From NCBI GenBank assembly GCA_963811165.1, contig CAWEQH010000001.1, positions 352,001 through 416,000 of the forward strand: 64,000 nucleotides of DNA, written 5' to 3'. The stretch is from an uncultured Nitrospiraceae bacterium (lineage in GTDB: Bacteria; Nitrospirota; Thermodesulfovibrionia; Thermodesulfovibrionales; UBA6898). Below the pieces are notes generated by a model that searched no databases, was not told the origin of the DNA, and saw nothing but the letters and a program-made list of their open reading frames with translations. Made by a program: the position numbers and the translations under genes. Positions 48,417 through 59,363 of this stretch are shown piece by piece (within the stretch, counting starts at the first letter, position 1; the number at the start of each line of letters is the position of its first letter).

Positions 48417-49727
48417 ATGACGCAGTTGGAAAAAGCAGCAAAAGGCGATTTGACGGAGGAGATCAAAGCGGTAGCCGCACGCGAAGGCGTGGCGGAGGAT
48501 TTGGTCAGAGGAGCGTGTGGCAGCCGGTCAGATCGTGATCCCCGACAATAAGAACAGGAAGAAAAACGTCGTCGGCATCGGCAAGGGTCTTAGGACGAAG
48601 GTAAACGCCTCAATCGGGTCTTCGACGGCAATCGCCGATATCGCGATGGAGGTCGAAAAGGCGCAGATCGCCGAAAAGTACGGCGCCGACACCCTGATGG
48701 ACCTGAGCGTCGGGCGGCGACATACCGGGCATTAGAAGATCGGTAATGGATGCGATCGGCCTGCCGGTCGGCACGGTTCCCCTTTATGAGGCCTTCGCAC
48801 TTGCAATCGAGAAATACGGCGCCGCGGTGAATATGCCGGCGGAACTCCTTTTTGAGATAACCGAAAGACAGTGCGCAGGAAGGGGTCGGGTTCATGGCGA
48901 TCCACTGCGGCATAAACAGAAAGACCGTTGAGATGCTCAGAAAGCAGCACTACCGCTACGGCGGACTCGTCTCAAAGGGCGGCTCCTACATGGTCGCATG
49001 GATGGAGCATAACAACAGGGAAAACCCGCTCTACGAACACTTCGACAGGGTGGCGGCAGATCATGAAAAAATATGACGCCGTCCTAAGCCTGGGAAACGG
49101 CTTCAGGGCGGGTGCGATCCACGACGCCATCGGACAGGGTCCAGATCCAGGAGCTCCTCATAAACTGCGAACTCGCCGAACTCGGAAGGGAGATGGGCTG
49201 CCAGACGATGGTGGAAGGTCCGGGTCATATCCCGATCAACGAGATAGAGGCCAATATCATCATGGAGAAGAAGATGAGCGGCGAATCTCCTTTTTACATG
49301 CTCGGGCCGATCACGACCGATATCGCGCCGGGCTACGACCATATCACCGCCGCAATCGGCGCGGCGCTCTCGTCTTCCTACGGAGCGGATTTCATCTGCT
49401 ATGTGACGCCTTCGGAACACCTCGGACTGCCGTTCCCCGAGGACGTGCAGGGAGGGAGTCATCGCATCGAGGATCGCGGCCCATGTCGGCGACATGATCA
49501 AGTACAAGAACATGCATGCCGGATAAGGCGATGTCGAAGGCGCGTCGCGACATGAAGTGGGACACGCAGTTTGCGCATGCAATCGACCCCGAAAGGGCGC
49601 AGAGAGATCAAGGCTCAAGAGGGGCAACGGCGATGAGCATTCCTGCACCATGTGCGGGAAGTTCTGCGCAAACGATATCCTCCGCGGCATGTTCGAGACG
49701 GACATGTCCGGAACAGACAAGAAGTGA
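48417..49727 (+). CDS. bzaF: ThiC-family radical SAM enzyme, probable 5-hydroxybenzimidazole synthase (multiple frameshifts)
   Basis: [73 protein letters not shown]; first gene behind a B12 riboswitch. Confidence 0.75.
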
Positions 49728-50254
49728 TGACCGTCATAAAGGGCAGGACTGTCTTGGTAATCGGAGGGGCCAGGAGCGGAAAGAGTGCCTTCGCACTAAA
49801 GAAGGCAGGATCGTTCCCCGGCAAAAAGGCATACATTGCAACTGCCGAGGCCCTCGATGAGGAGATGAAAGAAAGAATAGAAAAGCACCGGGGGGAAAGA
49901 GGCAAAGATTGGGAGACCTTTGAAGAGCCGATAAAAATGGCCGGCGTGCTAAGGGAGATGGGAAGCGGCTATAACGCCGCGGTCATCGATTGCCTGACGC
50001 TCTGGCTGTCTAATCTTCTTCTGGGCGCCGAAGACCCTGAAGAAGAGATCGAGGGCTTTCTTTCGTTGCTCAGGGAGGGAGATCACCCTCCGTTGTTCGT
50101 CGTCTCTAATGAAGTGGGGATGGGCATCGTCCCTGATAATCCCCTGTCCAGAAGGTTCAGGGACCTTGCCGGCCGTCTTAACCAGAAGGTAGCGGGGATC
50201 GCCGATGAGGTGTATCTTGTGACCGCGGGAATACCTGTGAGAATTAAACCGTGA
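49727..50254 (+). CDS. cobU: Adenosylcobinamide kinase/guanylyltransferase
   Basis: GGARSGKS, YIATA, DCLTLWLSN, VSNEVGMG. Confidence 0.95.
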   Translation: MTVIKGRTVLVIGGARSGKSAFALKKAGSFPGKKAYIATAEALDEEMKERIEKHRGERGKDWETFEEPIKMAGVLREMGSGYNAAVIDCLTLWLSNLLLGAEDPEEEIEGFLSLLREGDHPPLFVVSNEVGMGIVPDNPLSRRFRDLAGRLNQKVAGIADEVYLVTAGIPVRIKP

Positions 50255-50281
50255 GGATGACATCTATCCGGAGGAGGAAAA

Positions 50282-51343
50282 ATGGACCTGCTTAAGAATA
50301 CGGCGATGGCCGTCAAGCCCGTCAGTGAGGAATTGTATGCCGCCGCCCAGAAACATCTCGATAATCTGACGAAACCCCCCGGCAGCCTCGGAAGACTCGA
50401 AGAGTTTGCAAGGAGGCTCGTGGCGATCACAGAAGACAGAAAGCCGGTCCTCGACAAAAAGGTCATCTTTACCCTGGCAGGCGACCACGGCGTGGTGGCA
50501 GAAGGGGTCTCTGCGTATCCTAAGGAAGTCACTGCCCAGATGGTCTTCAATTTTCTAAGGGGAGGGGCCGGCATAAATGTCCTTGCGAGGCATGCCGGAT
50601 CGGAAATCGTCGTCGTCGACATTGGCGTCGACCACGATTTCGGCGAGGTCGAAGGGCTGATGAATATGAAGGTGATGAAGGGGACGAGAAACTTCGCCAA
50701 AGGCCCGGCCATGACAAAAGAAGAGGCGGTCAAATGCGTCGAATCCGGGATAGAACTTGCAAACGGGTACTCAAAGAAGGGATACAAGATAATCGGGACA
50801 GGCGACATGGGGATAGGAAATACCACCCCTTCAAGCGCCATAGCGGCGGTGCTGACAGGGACTTCCGTTTCAGAGGTCACCGGCAAAGGCACGGGCATAT
50901 CCGATGAGGCCCTGCTGAGGAAGATCAAGGTCATCGAAGACGCGATTCGCCTCAATAAACCCGACCCCAAAGATGCGATTGACGTGCTTTCGAAAGTAGG
51001 GGGCGCCGAAATCGGCGGCATCGCCGGGGTGATACTGGGGGCCGCGGCACACAGGCTGCCGGTAATCATCGACGGCTTTATCTCGACCGCAGGCGCCCTG
51101 GTTGCATACACGATCCAGCCGGCGGTGAAGGATTACATGTTTGCGGCACATAACTCGGTCGAGAAGGGCCATCGGGTGATGCTCGAGACGATGGGGCTGA
51201 CCCCTATTCTGGATCTCGGTCTGAGGCTTGGGGAAGGGACGGGCGCCGCACTGGCAATGCTCATGATAGAGGCGGGCCTGAAGATATATAAAGAGATGGC
51301 GACCTTTCAGGAAGCCGGCGTATCGGACGAGATAATCAATTGA
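50282..51343 (+). CDS. cobT: Nicotinate-nucleotide-benzimidazole phosphoribosyltransferase
   Basis: [31 protein letters not shown]. Confidence 0.97.
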   Translation: MDLLKNTAMAVKPVSEELYAAAQKHLDNLTKPPGSLGRLEEFARRLVAITEDRKPVLDKKVIFTLAGDHGVVAEGVSAYPKEVTAQMVFNFLRGGAGINVLARHAGSEIVVVDIGVDHDFGEVEGLMNMKVMKGTRNFAKGPAMTKEEAVKCVESGIELANGYSKKGYKIIGTGDMGIGNTTPSSAIAAVLTGTSVSEVTGKGTGISDEALLRKIKVIEDAIRLNKPDPKDAIDVLSKVGGAEIGGIAGVILGAAAHRLPVIIDGFISTAGALVAYTIQPAVKDYMFAAHNSVEKGHRVMLETMGLTPILDLGLRLGEGTGAALAMLMIEAGLKIYKEMATFQEAGVSDEIIN

Positions 51344-52164
51344 TGAGACAAGTGCTGCTGGCGGTCCAGTTCCTGACCATCGTGCCGGTGAAGGTCAAGG
51401 GTGATATCACCGAGCAGGATGTCGCCGGTTCTGCGGCCTTTTTCCCGCTCGCCGGGGCCCTTCAGGGGCTGCTGACCGCGGTGCCCGCCCTGCTCTTGAT
51501 AAAGGTCCTGCCGGCGGAGATTGCAGCAGCGTTCGCGCTTTTGTTCCTTATCGTAAGTAACGGCGGTTTCGATCTCGACGGTCTGGCCGATACCGCAGAC
51601 GCCCTTGCGGTGAAATCATCGGGCGACGCCGAACGCGACAGATCAAAAAGACTCTCCGTGATGAAGGACAGCTCATGCGGTGCGATGGGAGTGATCGCGC
51701 TTATGATGGCGGTCCTCCTTAAGTTCGTCCTCATGCAGAGGCTTCTTGCCGACTTTTCCACTTTTGCCGCCGCCGCGATATTTTTTCTGATGCCGGCATT
51801 TTCCAAGTGGATCACGGTGCCCGCCATGTACCACGGCACATCGGCCAGAAAAGACGGTCTCGGCAAGATGTTCATCGAACATACGGGGGCGGCAAGCGTG
51901 ATTATTTCGACAGGGATCGTCCTTTTGTTGTCTCTTTCGGTCTCTTCGATGGATCTTATCGCCGCTTCCTTCGTCCCCGGCATTGAATTCTGCGTCGCCT
52001 CTGTTATTGGATTATATCTCTTCGGTCTCGTGGCGATAAAATTTCTGGCAAAGAGATTCGGGGGCCTCACCGGCGATCATTTCGGTGCAATGACCGAGAT
52101 CTCCGAAATCCTATTCTTACTGGCGGCATATATATGGTTACCACACACTACTATCCCGGCGTAA
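51343..52164 (+). CDS. cobS: Cobamide synthase
   Basis: QFLT..P, DGLADTAD, MKDS..GAMG, FGGLTGD..GA. Confidence 0.93.
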   Translation: MRQVLLAVQFLTIVPVKVKGDITEQDVAGSAAFFPLAGALQGLLTAVPALLLIKVLPAEIAAAFALLFLIVSNGGFDLDGLADTADALAVKSSGDAERDRSKRLSVMKDSSCGAMGVIALMMAVLLKFVLMQRLLADFSTFAAAAIFFLMPAFSKWITVPAMYHGTSARKDGLGKMFIEHTGAASVIISTGIVLLLSLSVSSMDLIAASFVPGIEFCVASVIGLYLFGLVAIKFLAKRFGGLTGDHFGAMTEISEILFLLAAYIWLPHTTIPA

Positions 52165-52185
52165 GGGCCCTTCACGGAGGCACAA

Positions 52186-53755
52186 ATGGCTAAGGCAATA
52201 ATGATTCAGGGAACGGGCTCGGGGGCGGGCAAAAGCCTTATCGCCGCGGCCTTCTGCCGGATATTGAGGCAGATGGGGTTAAGGGTGGCTCCCTTCAAGG
52301 CCCAGAACATGGCCCTCAATTCCTACATAACCATGGAAGGCGGCGAGATAGGAAGGGCGCAGGCGCTCCAGGCCGAGGCCGCAGGCATCGAACCTTCCGT
52401 GGACATGAACCCTGTGCTCCTTAAGGCATCGGGGGAGATGGGCTCGCAGGTGATCCTTAGGGGCAAGGTCCATTCCACAATGAAAGCCAGGGAATACTAC
52501 TCCTTTAGGAAAGAGGCCTGGGAGGCGGTAAAAAAATCCTATGCAAGACTCTCGCGGAAATACGACATGATTGTAATCGAAGGCGCGGGAAGCCCTGCGG
52601 AGATAAACCTGATGGACGTGGACATCGTAAATATGGCGATGGCCAAGCATGCCAAGGCGCCCGTGCTTCTTGTCGGCGACATCGACAAGGGAGGGGTTTT
52701 CGCATCTCTTTACGGCACAGTGAAGCTCCTGGGAAGGGACGGCAGGCATATCAAGGCCTTTGTGATAAACAAGTTTAGAGGAGACGCGGAGATACTCAGG
52801 CCCGGGCTTGATATGATCAGAGATAAGACAGGCGTTCCGGTCATAGGTGTCCTCCCTTACGTCCATGATCTGGGACTGCCGGAAGAGGACGGCATGGCGC
52901 TCTATCAAAACGCGAAATATAAGGGCCGGTCCGGTCCGGGAGCGATACGGATCGTCGTGGTGAGGCTTAGGTACATATCGAACTTCACCGATTTTGATCC
53001 CTTTTATCATGAGCCCGACGTGGAGATCCTTTTCTCGGCCCATTCCCAGGACATCGAGAATGCGGACCTCGTGATCATACCCGGGACAAAAAATACGGTG
53101 ACAGACCTGACGCTTCTTAAAGACCAGGGGCTCGACCTTAGCATAAGGAACGCATATAAGAAGGGGGCCATGATAATGGGCATCTGCGGAGGGTATCAGA
53201 TCCTGGGCAAAAAGATCTTCGATCCCGACGGGGTCGAGAGTCCTCACCGCGAGATAGACGGTATCGGCCTTCTGGATATCGAGACGACCTTCGGCAGGGA
53301 AAAAAGGACATGCAGGGTCGAGGCCGAGACAACAGGACTTGGAGGCTTCGGATCGGGGATAGACAAAAAAAATCCCGGCCCCCGGCGCGTGAAGCCGCGC
53401 CCCATTTTGAAAGGCTATGAGATACATATGGGAGAGAGTACAGGTGATGTCGGGCTATTCAGGGTGAGAAGAATATCAACTGACTCCTGTAAGGGCGGGC
53501 TTACCCCGCCCCTAGCCAACCATCCTCGATGGCTCGGGGAATGAGAACTGCTGGGGCACCTATCTCCACGGCATTTTCGATAACGACCTTTTCAGAAGGG
53601 ATCTTATCAATAGCGTAAGGACGCGAAAGGGAATCACCCCGCTTGAGGCCTGCTTAAGCTATTCCGACATCAAAGACAAGGCATTGGATCGTCTTGCCGA
53701 CATAGTCAGGGTCAATATCGACATGGATTTTATAAAGGGGATGCTCGGGTTATGA
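52186..53755 (+). CDS. cobQ: Cobyric acid synthase (frameshift ~53.5 kb)
   Basis: QGTGSGAGKS, FKAQNMALNS, ISNFTDF, GICGGYQ, GYEIHMG; WGTYLHGIFDN in a second frame ending at TGA 53755. Confidence 0.93.
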
Positions 53756-54747
53756 TAACCCCTTCCGTACTGATTGCCGCCTATATTTTGGACCTGGCGA
53801 TCGGCGATCCCCGATGGCTGCCGCACCCGGTGAGGATGATCGGGACGGCGATCTCCCGTGCCGAGCTCTTTCTCCGCTGCCGTTTTGTCACACCCGCCGA
53901 ACAAAAGCAGGCGGGGGTACTTCTTGCGTTGATGATCGTGCTTCCGTCATTTCTCCTCGTGCTTGTCCTTTGCGATGAGATTGCCCATGCCTCAGGCATA
54001 TGGGTGTCCCTTGGCACGGCAGCCCTTGTCTATCTGACCGCATCGACGCTTGCTGTCCGGGGACTCGTCGATTCGGCAAGACTTGTGATAGAGTCTGTAA
54101 AGGATGGAGGTCTTGTGTCGGCCCGTCGTAAACTTGGTATGATCGTGGGACGCGATACGGAAAATCTAACCGACAGGGAAGTCCTCAGGGCGGTCACCGA
54201 GACCCTCTCTGAAAACCTCTCCGATGGTGTGGTCGCGCCCCTGTTCTATCTTGTTTTGGGAGGGCTTCCCCTCGCGATGGCCTATAAGGCGATCAATACA
54301 CTCGATTCGATGGTCGGGTACAAAAACGAGACCTATATCGATTTCGGCCGGGCCTCTGCGCGGCTCGACGATATCGCAAATTATATCCCCGCGAGGATCG
54401 CGGGCCTTCTCATCGTCCTTTCGGTCTTCCTCACCGCGCTTGTAAGAAGAAAAGCTAATCCCCTGTTCCGGGCGGCCCGCGCCTTCCGGATCATGAGGCG
54501 GGACGGAAGAAACCATGCGAGCCCCAATAGCGGCATTCCCGAAGCTGCGATGGCCGGAGGACTGGGAATCAGGATGGGGGGCCCTTCAACCTATGGGGCC
54601 GTCCTTGTCGAAAAGCCCTACATCGGGGAGACCGGCAATGAGGATTATCTCTCGGCATCGGAAGATGCGATAATGGTAGTACACGCGGCATCTGCAATCG
54701 GCGTCGGGATTGCGGCGGGTATTCTGTCATTAAGGAGTTATCTCTGA
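53752..54747 (+). CDS. cbiB: Adenosylcobinamide-phosphate synthase
   Basis: GDPRWLPHPV, IVGRDT, ENLSDG, NTLDSMVGYKN, SPNSG.PEAA. Confidence 0.95.
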   Translation: MITPSVLIAAYILDLAIGDPRWLPHPVRMIGTAISRAELFLRCRFVTPAEQKQAGVLLALMIVLPSFLLVLVLCDEIAHASGIWVSLGTAALVYLTASTLAVRGLVDSARLVIESVKDGGLVSARRKLGMIVGRDTENLTDREVLRAVTETLSENLSDGVVAPLFYLVLGGLPLAMAYKAINTLDSMVGYKNETYIDFGRASARLDDIANYIPARIAGLLIVLSVFLTALVRRKANPLFRAARAFRIMRRDGRNHASPNSGIPEAAMAGGLGIRMGGPSTYGAVLVEKPYIGETGNEDYLSASEDAIMVVHAASAIGVGIAAGILSLRSYL

Positions 54748-55865
54748 TGAAGGCTTCCCACGGCGGAAATATCTATCTCCTTTCGGAAAGGCTCGGCATC
54801 GCCGAATGCGATATCGTCGATTTCAGCGCATCGATCAACCCTTTAGGCGTTCCGGCGAGCGTGCAGTCGGCCATCAGAGAGAACATGCGGTTTCTCTTTA
54901 ATTATCCCGACCCGCATACAAAAAGGCTGAGGCTCAGGATATCGGAACATATCGGAGTGGGTGCCCATTCGATCATCTGCGGAAACGGAAGTACGGAACT
55001 CATCTACCTTATCGCCCGGGCCCTCAGACCTCTCAGGGTGCTTATCCCTGAGCCGACTTTCTCGGAATACGAGAGGGCGGTGAAAAGCCAGAGGTCGGAG
55101 GCCGGGGGTCAGGGGCCGGAAATAAAATATTTCTCTCTCAAAAAAGAAAATAATTTCGATATTAACGTCGATGAATTTATATCCGCAATGAGCGGTGAAA
55201 AGGACCCGTCACCCATCACGCATCACCCATCACGGTCTTTCGATATGGTCTTTCTCTGCAACCCCAATAACCCCACAGGGAGGCTGATCGAAAGAAAGGA
55301 CATGCTCAGGATCGCCTCGGCGGCGAAAAACCTCAGATGCACGCTCGTAGTGGATGAGGCCTTTATCGACTTCTGTCCCGGCGCCACGATAGCAGACGAA
55401 GTGGCAAACAACCCCTATCTTATCGTACTTAGGTCGCTCACCAAGATATATGCACTTTCGGGACTGCGGATCGGGTATGCGGTCCTCGACCCTTCATTGC
55501 TCCATACGGTAAACGAGGCGAAGGAACCCTGGTCCGTAAATACCCTTGCCCAGGTAGCGGGAGTTGTCGCACTCGATGACGAATCCTACAGGGCTGAAAC
55601 ATACAGGGTCATCGCTGCGCAGAAGAAATACCTCGAAGAGGGCTTCAGACGTTTGGGAATTTCCTGTCTTCCCTCTTCGGTCAACTATTATCTCCTCCGA
55701 TGTAAGGGGGCGCAGGAGTTGATGTCCATGTTCGGTAAGAAGGGGATTTTGGTGAGGGACTGCTCGAATTTCTCCGGTCTTGACGGCTCTTATATGAGAG
55801 TCGCCGTGAAGTCCGAGCGTGACAACACCCGGCTTTTGGAGGAGATCTCTTTATGTGTGGCGTAG
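54747..55865 (+). CDS. cobD: Threonine-phosphate decarboxylase
   Basis: [37 protein letters not shown]. Confidence 0.92.
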   Translation: MKASHGGNIYLLSERLGIAECDIVDFSASINPLGVPASVQSAIRENMRFLFNYPDPHTKRLRLRISEHIGVGAHSIICGNGSTELIYLIARALRPLRVLIPEPTFSEYERAVKSQRSEAGGQGPEIKYFSLKKENNFDINVDEFISAMSGEKDPSPITHHPSRSFDMVFLCNPNNPTGRLIERKDMLRIASAAKNLRCTLVVDEAFIDFCPGATIADEVANNPYLIVLRSLTKIYALSGLRIGYAVLDPSLLHTVNEAKEPWSVNTLAQVAGVVALDDESYRAETYRVIAAQKKYLEEGFRRLGISCLPSSVNYYLLRCKGAQELMSMFGKKGILVRDCSNFSGLDGSYMRVAVKSERDNTRLLEEISLCVA

Positions 55866-57299
55866 TGATCGCGGGGACCCATAGCGGATGCGGCAAGACG
55901 ACCGTTACCCTCGGTCTCCTTGCGGCGCTGAAAAGGAAGGGATTGAGGGTCCAGGCCTTTAAGACCGGACCGGACTTTATCGACTCGGGGCTTCATGGGA
56001 TGATCACCGGCAGGCCTTCCCGCAACCTCGATCTCTGGATGTGCGGAGCAGACTACGTGTCGGATTGTTTCGAGAGGAATTCCGTATGATGCGGATATCT
56101 CTGTTGTCGAGGGGGTAATGGGACTCTATGACGGCGCATACAGCACCGCAAGGCTTGCGGCGCGGCTGGGCCTTCCAGTCGTTTTGGTCATAGATGCTTA
56201 CGGGATGGCCGAGACCGCAGGAGCTTTGGTAAAAGGATTCGCCGAATATATGCCGGAGGGGAATACCGGACTTGCCGGCGTTATTTTAAACAGGGTGGCA
56301 TCTGAAAACCATTACGAGCGTCTATGTGCCGGCATCCGCGGCATAAAGGTGCTGGGATATCTGCCGAGGGAACAGGAATTCGAGATCCCCCACCGCCATC
56401 TCGGCCTCACCGTTGCCGAGGAAAACCCGCTTTCCGAGACGAATATCGAAAGACTCGCCGATAAGGTTTTGCGTTATATCGATGTCGAAGCGATTGTCGG
56501 GCTAAGCAGGGAAAGGGTCTGCGTGTCGGAGAATAAATCCCTCCCACCCTCTCTTTGTCAAAGGAAGGCGCACCCCTCTTTGGCAAAGAGGCCTGTCTGT
56601 CCGGCAGGCAGGGGTGCGGGGAGATTTTTGGAGAGTAATTGTGCGCCTCCGCGATCTTTCATCATCGCTGTCGCCTATGACAGGGCGTTCTGTTTTTATT
56701 ATGAAGACAACCTCGACCTATTAAGGGACGCCGGGGCCGAGATCGTACGCTTCAGCCCCCTTTGCGATCCCTCGCTCCCTGAAGGGACGGAGGCGATTTA
56801 TATCGGCGGCGGATATCCGGAGCTGCATGCGCGGGAATTGTCCGCAAACAGCTCGATGCTCAATGCGATCAATGTATGGGCCGCCTCGGGGAGGCCGCTC
56901 TATGCGGAGTGCGGCGGGTTTATGTACCTCTCAAAAGGTATCCATGACTTCGAGGGGAATTTTTTCGGGATGGCGGGTGTCTTCCCCTTTGAAACGCGGA
57001 TGAAAAAAGGAAGGTCAAGGCTTGGCTACCGGGAGGTGTCGCTTCAGAAAGATTGCATCCTGGGGGAAAAAGGAGCGACGTTGAGGGGCCACGAATTCCA
57101 TTATTCGGAGATAGACTCCGATGCGGGCCTCGGCAGCGCAGTTTCGGCGATCTATTCGGTAAGGAACGGCTCCGGCCAGGAATTACGCGATGAAGGCTAC
57201 CGGTACAAGCGGGCCCTTGCAAGCTATATCCATATCCATTTCGGAAGCAACCCGGACATAGCCGGAAAATTTATCGGCTCATGCGGGGGAGAAAGGTAA
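55853..57299 (+). CDS. cbiA: Cobyrinate a,c-diamide synthase (frameshift ~56087)
   Basis: [49 protein letters not shown]. Confidence 0.93.
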
Positions 57300-58300
57300 T
57301 GAAGCAGATGGAAAATATCATACTCATCGGACATGGCAGCCCTAAGAAAGAGGCAAATAATATCGACCTCATCGGAAGACTTCTCCACCACGCGATCCAC
57401 CCTGAATGCGAATCCGGGTGCGTAAAGGTGGCCTATCTGCAGTTTGCGGCCCCGGACATTATGACAACGATAAAGGAATGCGTGGATGACGGGGCAAAAA
57501 AGATAATCCTCCATCCTTTTTTTCTCAGCTCCGGCATGCACGTGACAAAAGACATCCCCGAGATGATCAGCGAGGCAAGAGGTACCTATCCCGCAGTGGA
57601 ATTCGTCTATACCGAGCCGCTTGGGGTGCACGAAAAACTTGTGCAGGTCGTGATCGAAAGGATACGGAGTGAAAAATTCGCGGTCCCCGGAGATATTGAA
57701 AAGAGGAGCTTCGAGATCATCTCCGAGGGAATCGACTTCTGCGGCGTCCCGGCCGAGCAGATACCGATCATAAAGCGGGTGATACACTCGACCGCGGATT
57801 TCGAGTTCAGAACGACCCTTGCCTTCCACCCCGATGCGGTAAGGACGGGTCTTGATGCGATCAGGGCCGGCAAGGATATCCTTACCGATATAGAGATGGT
57901 GAAGGCCGGGATTAATAAGCGGCTCCTCGGTAAATGGGGAGGAAAGGTAATCTGTACCATTTCAGATGAAGGGGTCGTGAGGACCTCTGAGGAGACCGGC
58001 ATGACCAGGGCCGAGATATCAATGGCGAAGGGACTAAACGAAAATGTGGGGATCGTGGCGATTGGAAACGCGCCGACCGCCCTCCTTAAGGTGATCGAAC
58101 TTATCGCAACGGCGCCTGTTAAGAGCGGCCTTCCTCTCGTTGTCGGTGTTCCGGTGGGATTTGTGAAGGCCCTCGAATCGAAGGCCCTCCTTTCGACCCG
58201 GACATTTCCCTTCATCACGAATTTAAGCAGAAAGGGCGGAACGCCGGTTGCGGTCGCAATCGTAAACGCCTTATTGAAGATGGCGGCGGAAGATAAATGA
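57299..58300 (+). CDS. Fused CbiX(S) cobaltochelatase / CbiC (CobH) methylmutase
   Basis: N-terminal GHGS, AYLQF..P, GMHVTKDIP; C-terminal IEKRSFEII, RVIHSTADF, IGNAPTAL, PVGFV. Confidence 0.9.
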   Translation: MKQMENIILIGHGSPKKEANNIDLIGRLLHHAIHPECESGCVKVAYLQFAAPDIMTTIKECVDDGAKKIILHPFFLSSGMHVTKDIPEMISEARGTYPAVEFVYTEPLGVHEKLVQVVIERIRSEKFAVPGDIEKRSFEIISEGIDFCGVPAEQIPIIKRVIHSTADFEFRTTLAFHPDAVRTGLDAIRAGKDILTDIEMVKAGINKRLLGKWGGKVICTISDEGVVRTSEETGMTRAEISMAKGLNENVGIVAIGNAPTALLKVIELIATAPVKSGLPLVVGVPVGFVKALESKALLSTRTFPFITNLSRKGGTPVAVAIVNALLKMAAEDK

Positions 58301-59064
58301 AGGTTCATAGTTTTAGGTCCAGGGTCGTTATTTTTTCGCTGTTCACTATTTACTATTCGCTATCCGCTGTTGCCGACGCATATGCGATGCATATCTCAGA
58401 AGGGATACTTCCCCTCAACTGGGCCGCGCTCTGGTTTGTCGTTGCTGCTCCGTTTGTGGCCTTCGGGCTGTACAGACTGAAAAAACTCTCGGCCGTGGAC
58501 CTGTCTTTCAAACCGCTCGTCGGGCTCATGGCCGCGGTTGTCTTTATCATCTCGTGTATGCCGATACCTGTGCCCACTGCAGGCACATGTTCCCACCCCT
58601 GCGGAACAGGGCTATCGGGAATACTCCTCGGTCCTCCAATAAGCGTCGTTGTTGCAGCAGTGGCCCTTCTCATTCAGGCGCTTTTTCTTTCGCACGGGGG
58701 GCTCAGTACTCTCGGGGCAAATATTGCTTCAATGGGTATTATGGGCTCATTCGCCGGATTTTTGACCTTCAGGGCTTTGCGGTCGATGAAGATAAACATG
58801 ACGATTGCGGGCTTTATGGCCGGGCTTTTTGCAGACTGGGCAACATATATCACGACTTCGGTCATACTTGCGTCGGGCATTAAGGGCGATTCCCCGTTCA
58901 TGCCGCTCTTCTGGAAGCTCCTTATTGCTTTCATCCCGACGCAGCTTCCGCTGGGAATACTCGAAGGAGCTATGACGGCCGGCATGGTCGTCCTGCTTCA
59001 TAAAAAAAGACCCGACCTGCTCATCAAGATGCGCGTGATAAAACCCGGGGAGGCTGTGCCATGA
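58297..59064 (+). CDS. cbiM: Cobalt ECF transporter S component
   Basis: Signal peptide then AMHISEGILP; GTCSHPCG, HGGLSTLG. Confidence 0.93.
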   Translation: MKVHSFRSRVVIFSLFTIYYSLSAVADAYAMHISEGILPLNWAALWFVVAAPFVAFGLYRLKKLSAVDLSFKPLVGLMAAVVFIISCMPIPVPTAGTCSHPCGTGLSGILLGPPISVVVAAVALLIQALFLSHGGLSTLGANIASMGIMGSFAGFLTFRALRSMKINMTIAGFMAGLFADWATYITTSVILASGIKGDSPFMPLFWKLLIAFIPTQLPLGILEGAMTAGMVVLLHKKRPDLLIKMRVIKPGEAVP

Positions 59065-59360
59065 GATTTCGAATTTCAAATTTCAAGTTTCAAGTTATTT
59101 TCATTATTATTTTATTATTCACGATTCACTTTCCACTATTTACTGTTGTCTGCGCCTCTGACAAATGGCCGGGTGTTGATGAATCGGTGGTCGAAAAATA
59201 TGCGAAGGAGTACGGCAGGGAAGCGAGAAAGCCGTTCATCAATACAGACCGGGGAGACCTCCTTCTCTTTGTCTTTCTTGTCGCGGGCTCCGTCGGAGGC
59301 TTTGCTGCGGGATATTACTGGCGTGTGCTTACGGAACGGAAAAAGAAAAATGGAGAGTGA
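59061..59360 (+). CDS. Cobalt transporter accessory subunit (CbiN-like)
   Basis: WPGVDESVVEK...P......GDLLLFVFL..G..GGF.AGY; lies between cbiM and cbiQ. Confidence 0.75.
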   Translation: MRFRISNFKFQVIFIIILLFTIHFPLFTVVCASDKWPGVDESVVEKYAKEYGREARKPFINTDRGDLLLFVFLVAGSVGGFAAGYYWRVLTERKKKNGE

Positions 59361-59363
59361 TCG

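Noticed and set aside
48417..49727. Thiamine biosynthesis thiC
   Set aside because: Controlled by a cobalamin rather than TPP riboswitch, coupled to cobU, and has BzaF-like motifs.
50083..53427. Long minus-strand ORFs (342, 202 and 382 aa)
   Set aside because: Antisense shadows of cobT, cobS and cobQ in GC-rich coding DNA.
56087..56089. Second selenocysteine TGA in cbiA
   Set aside because: The downstream coding sequence is in a different frame, so this is an indel.
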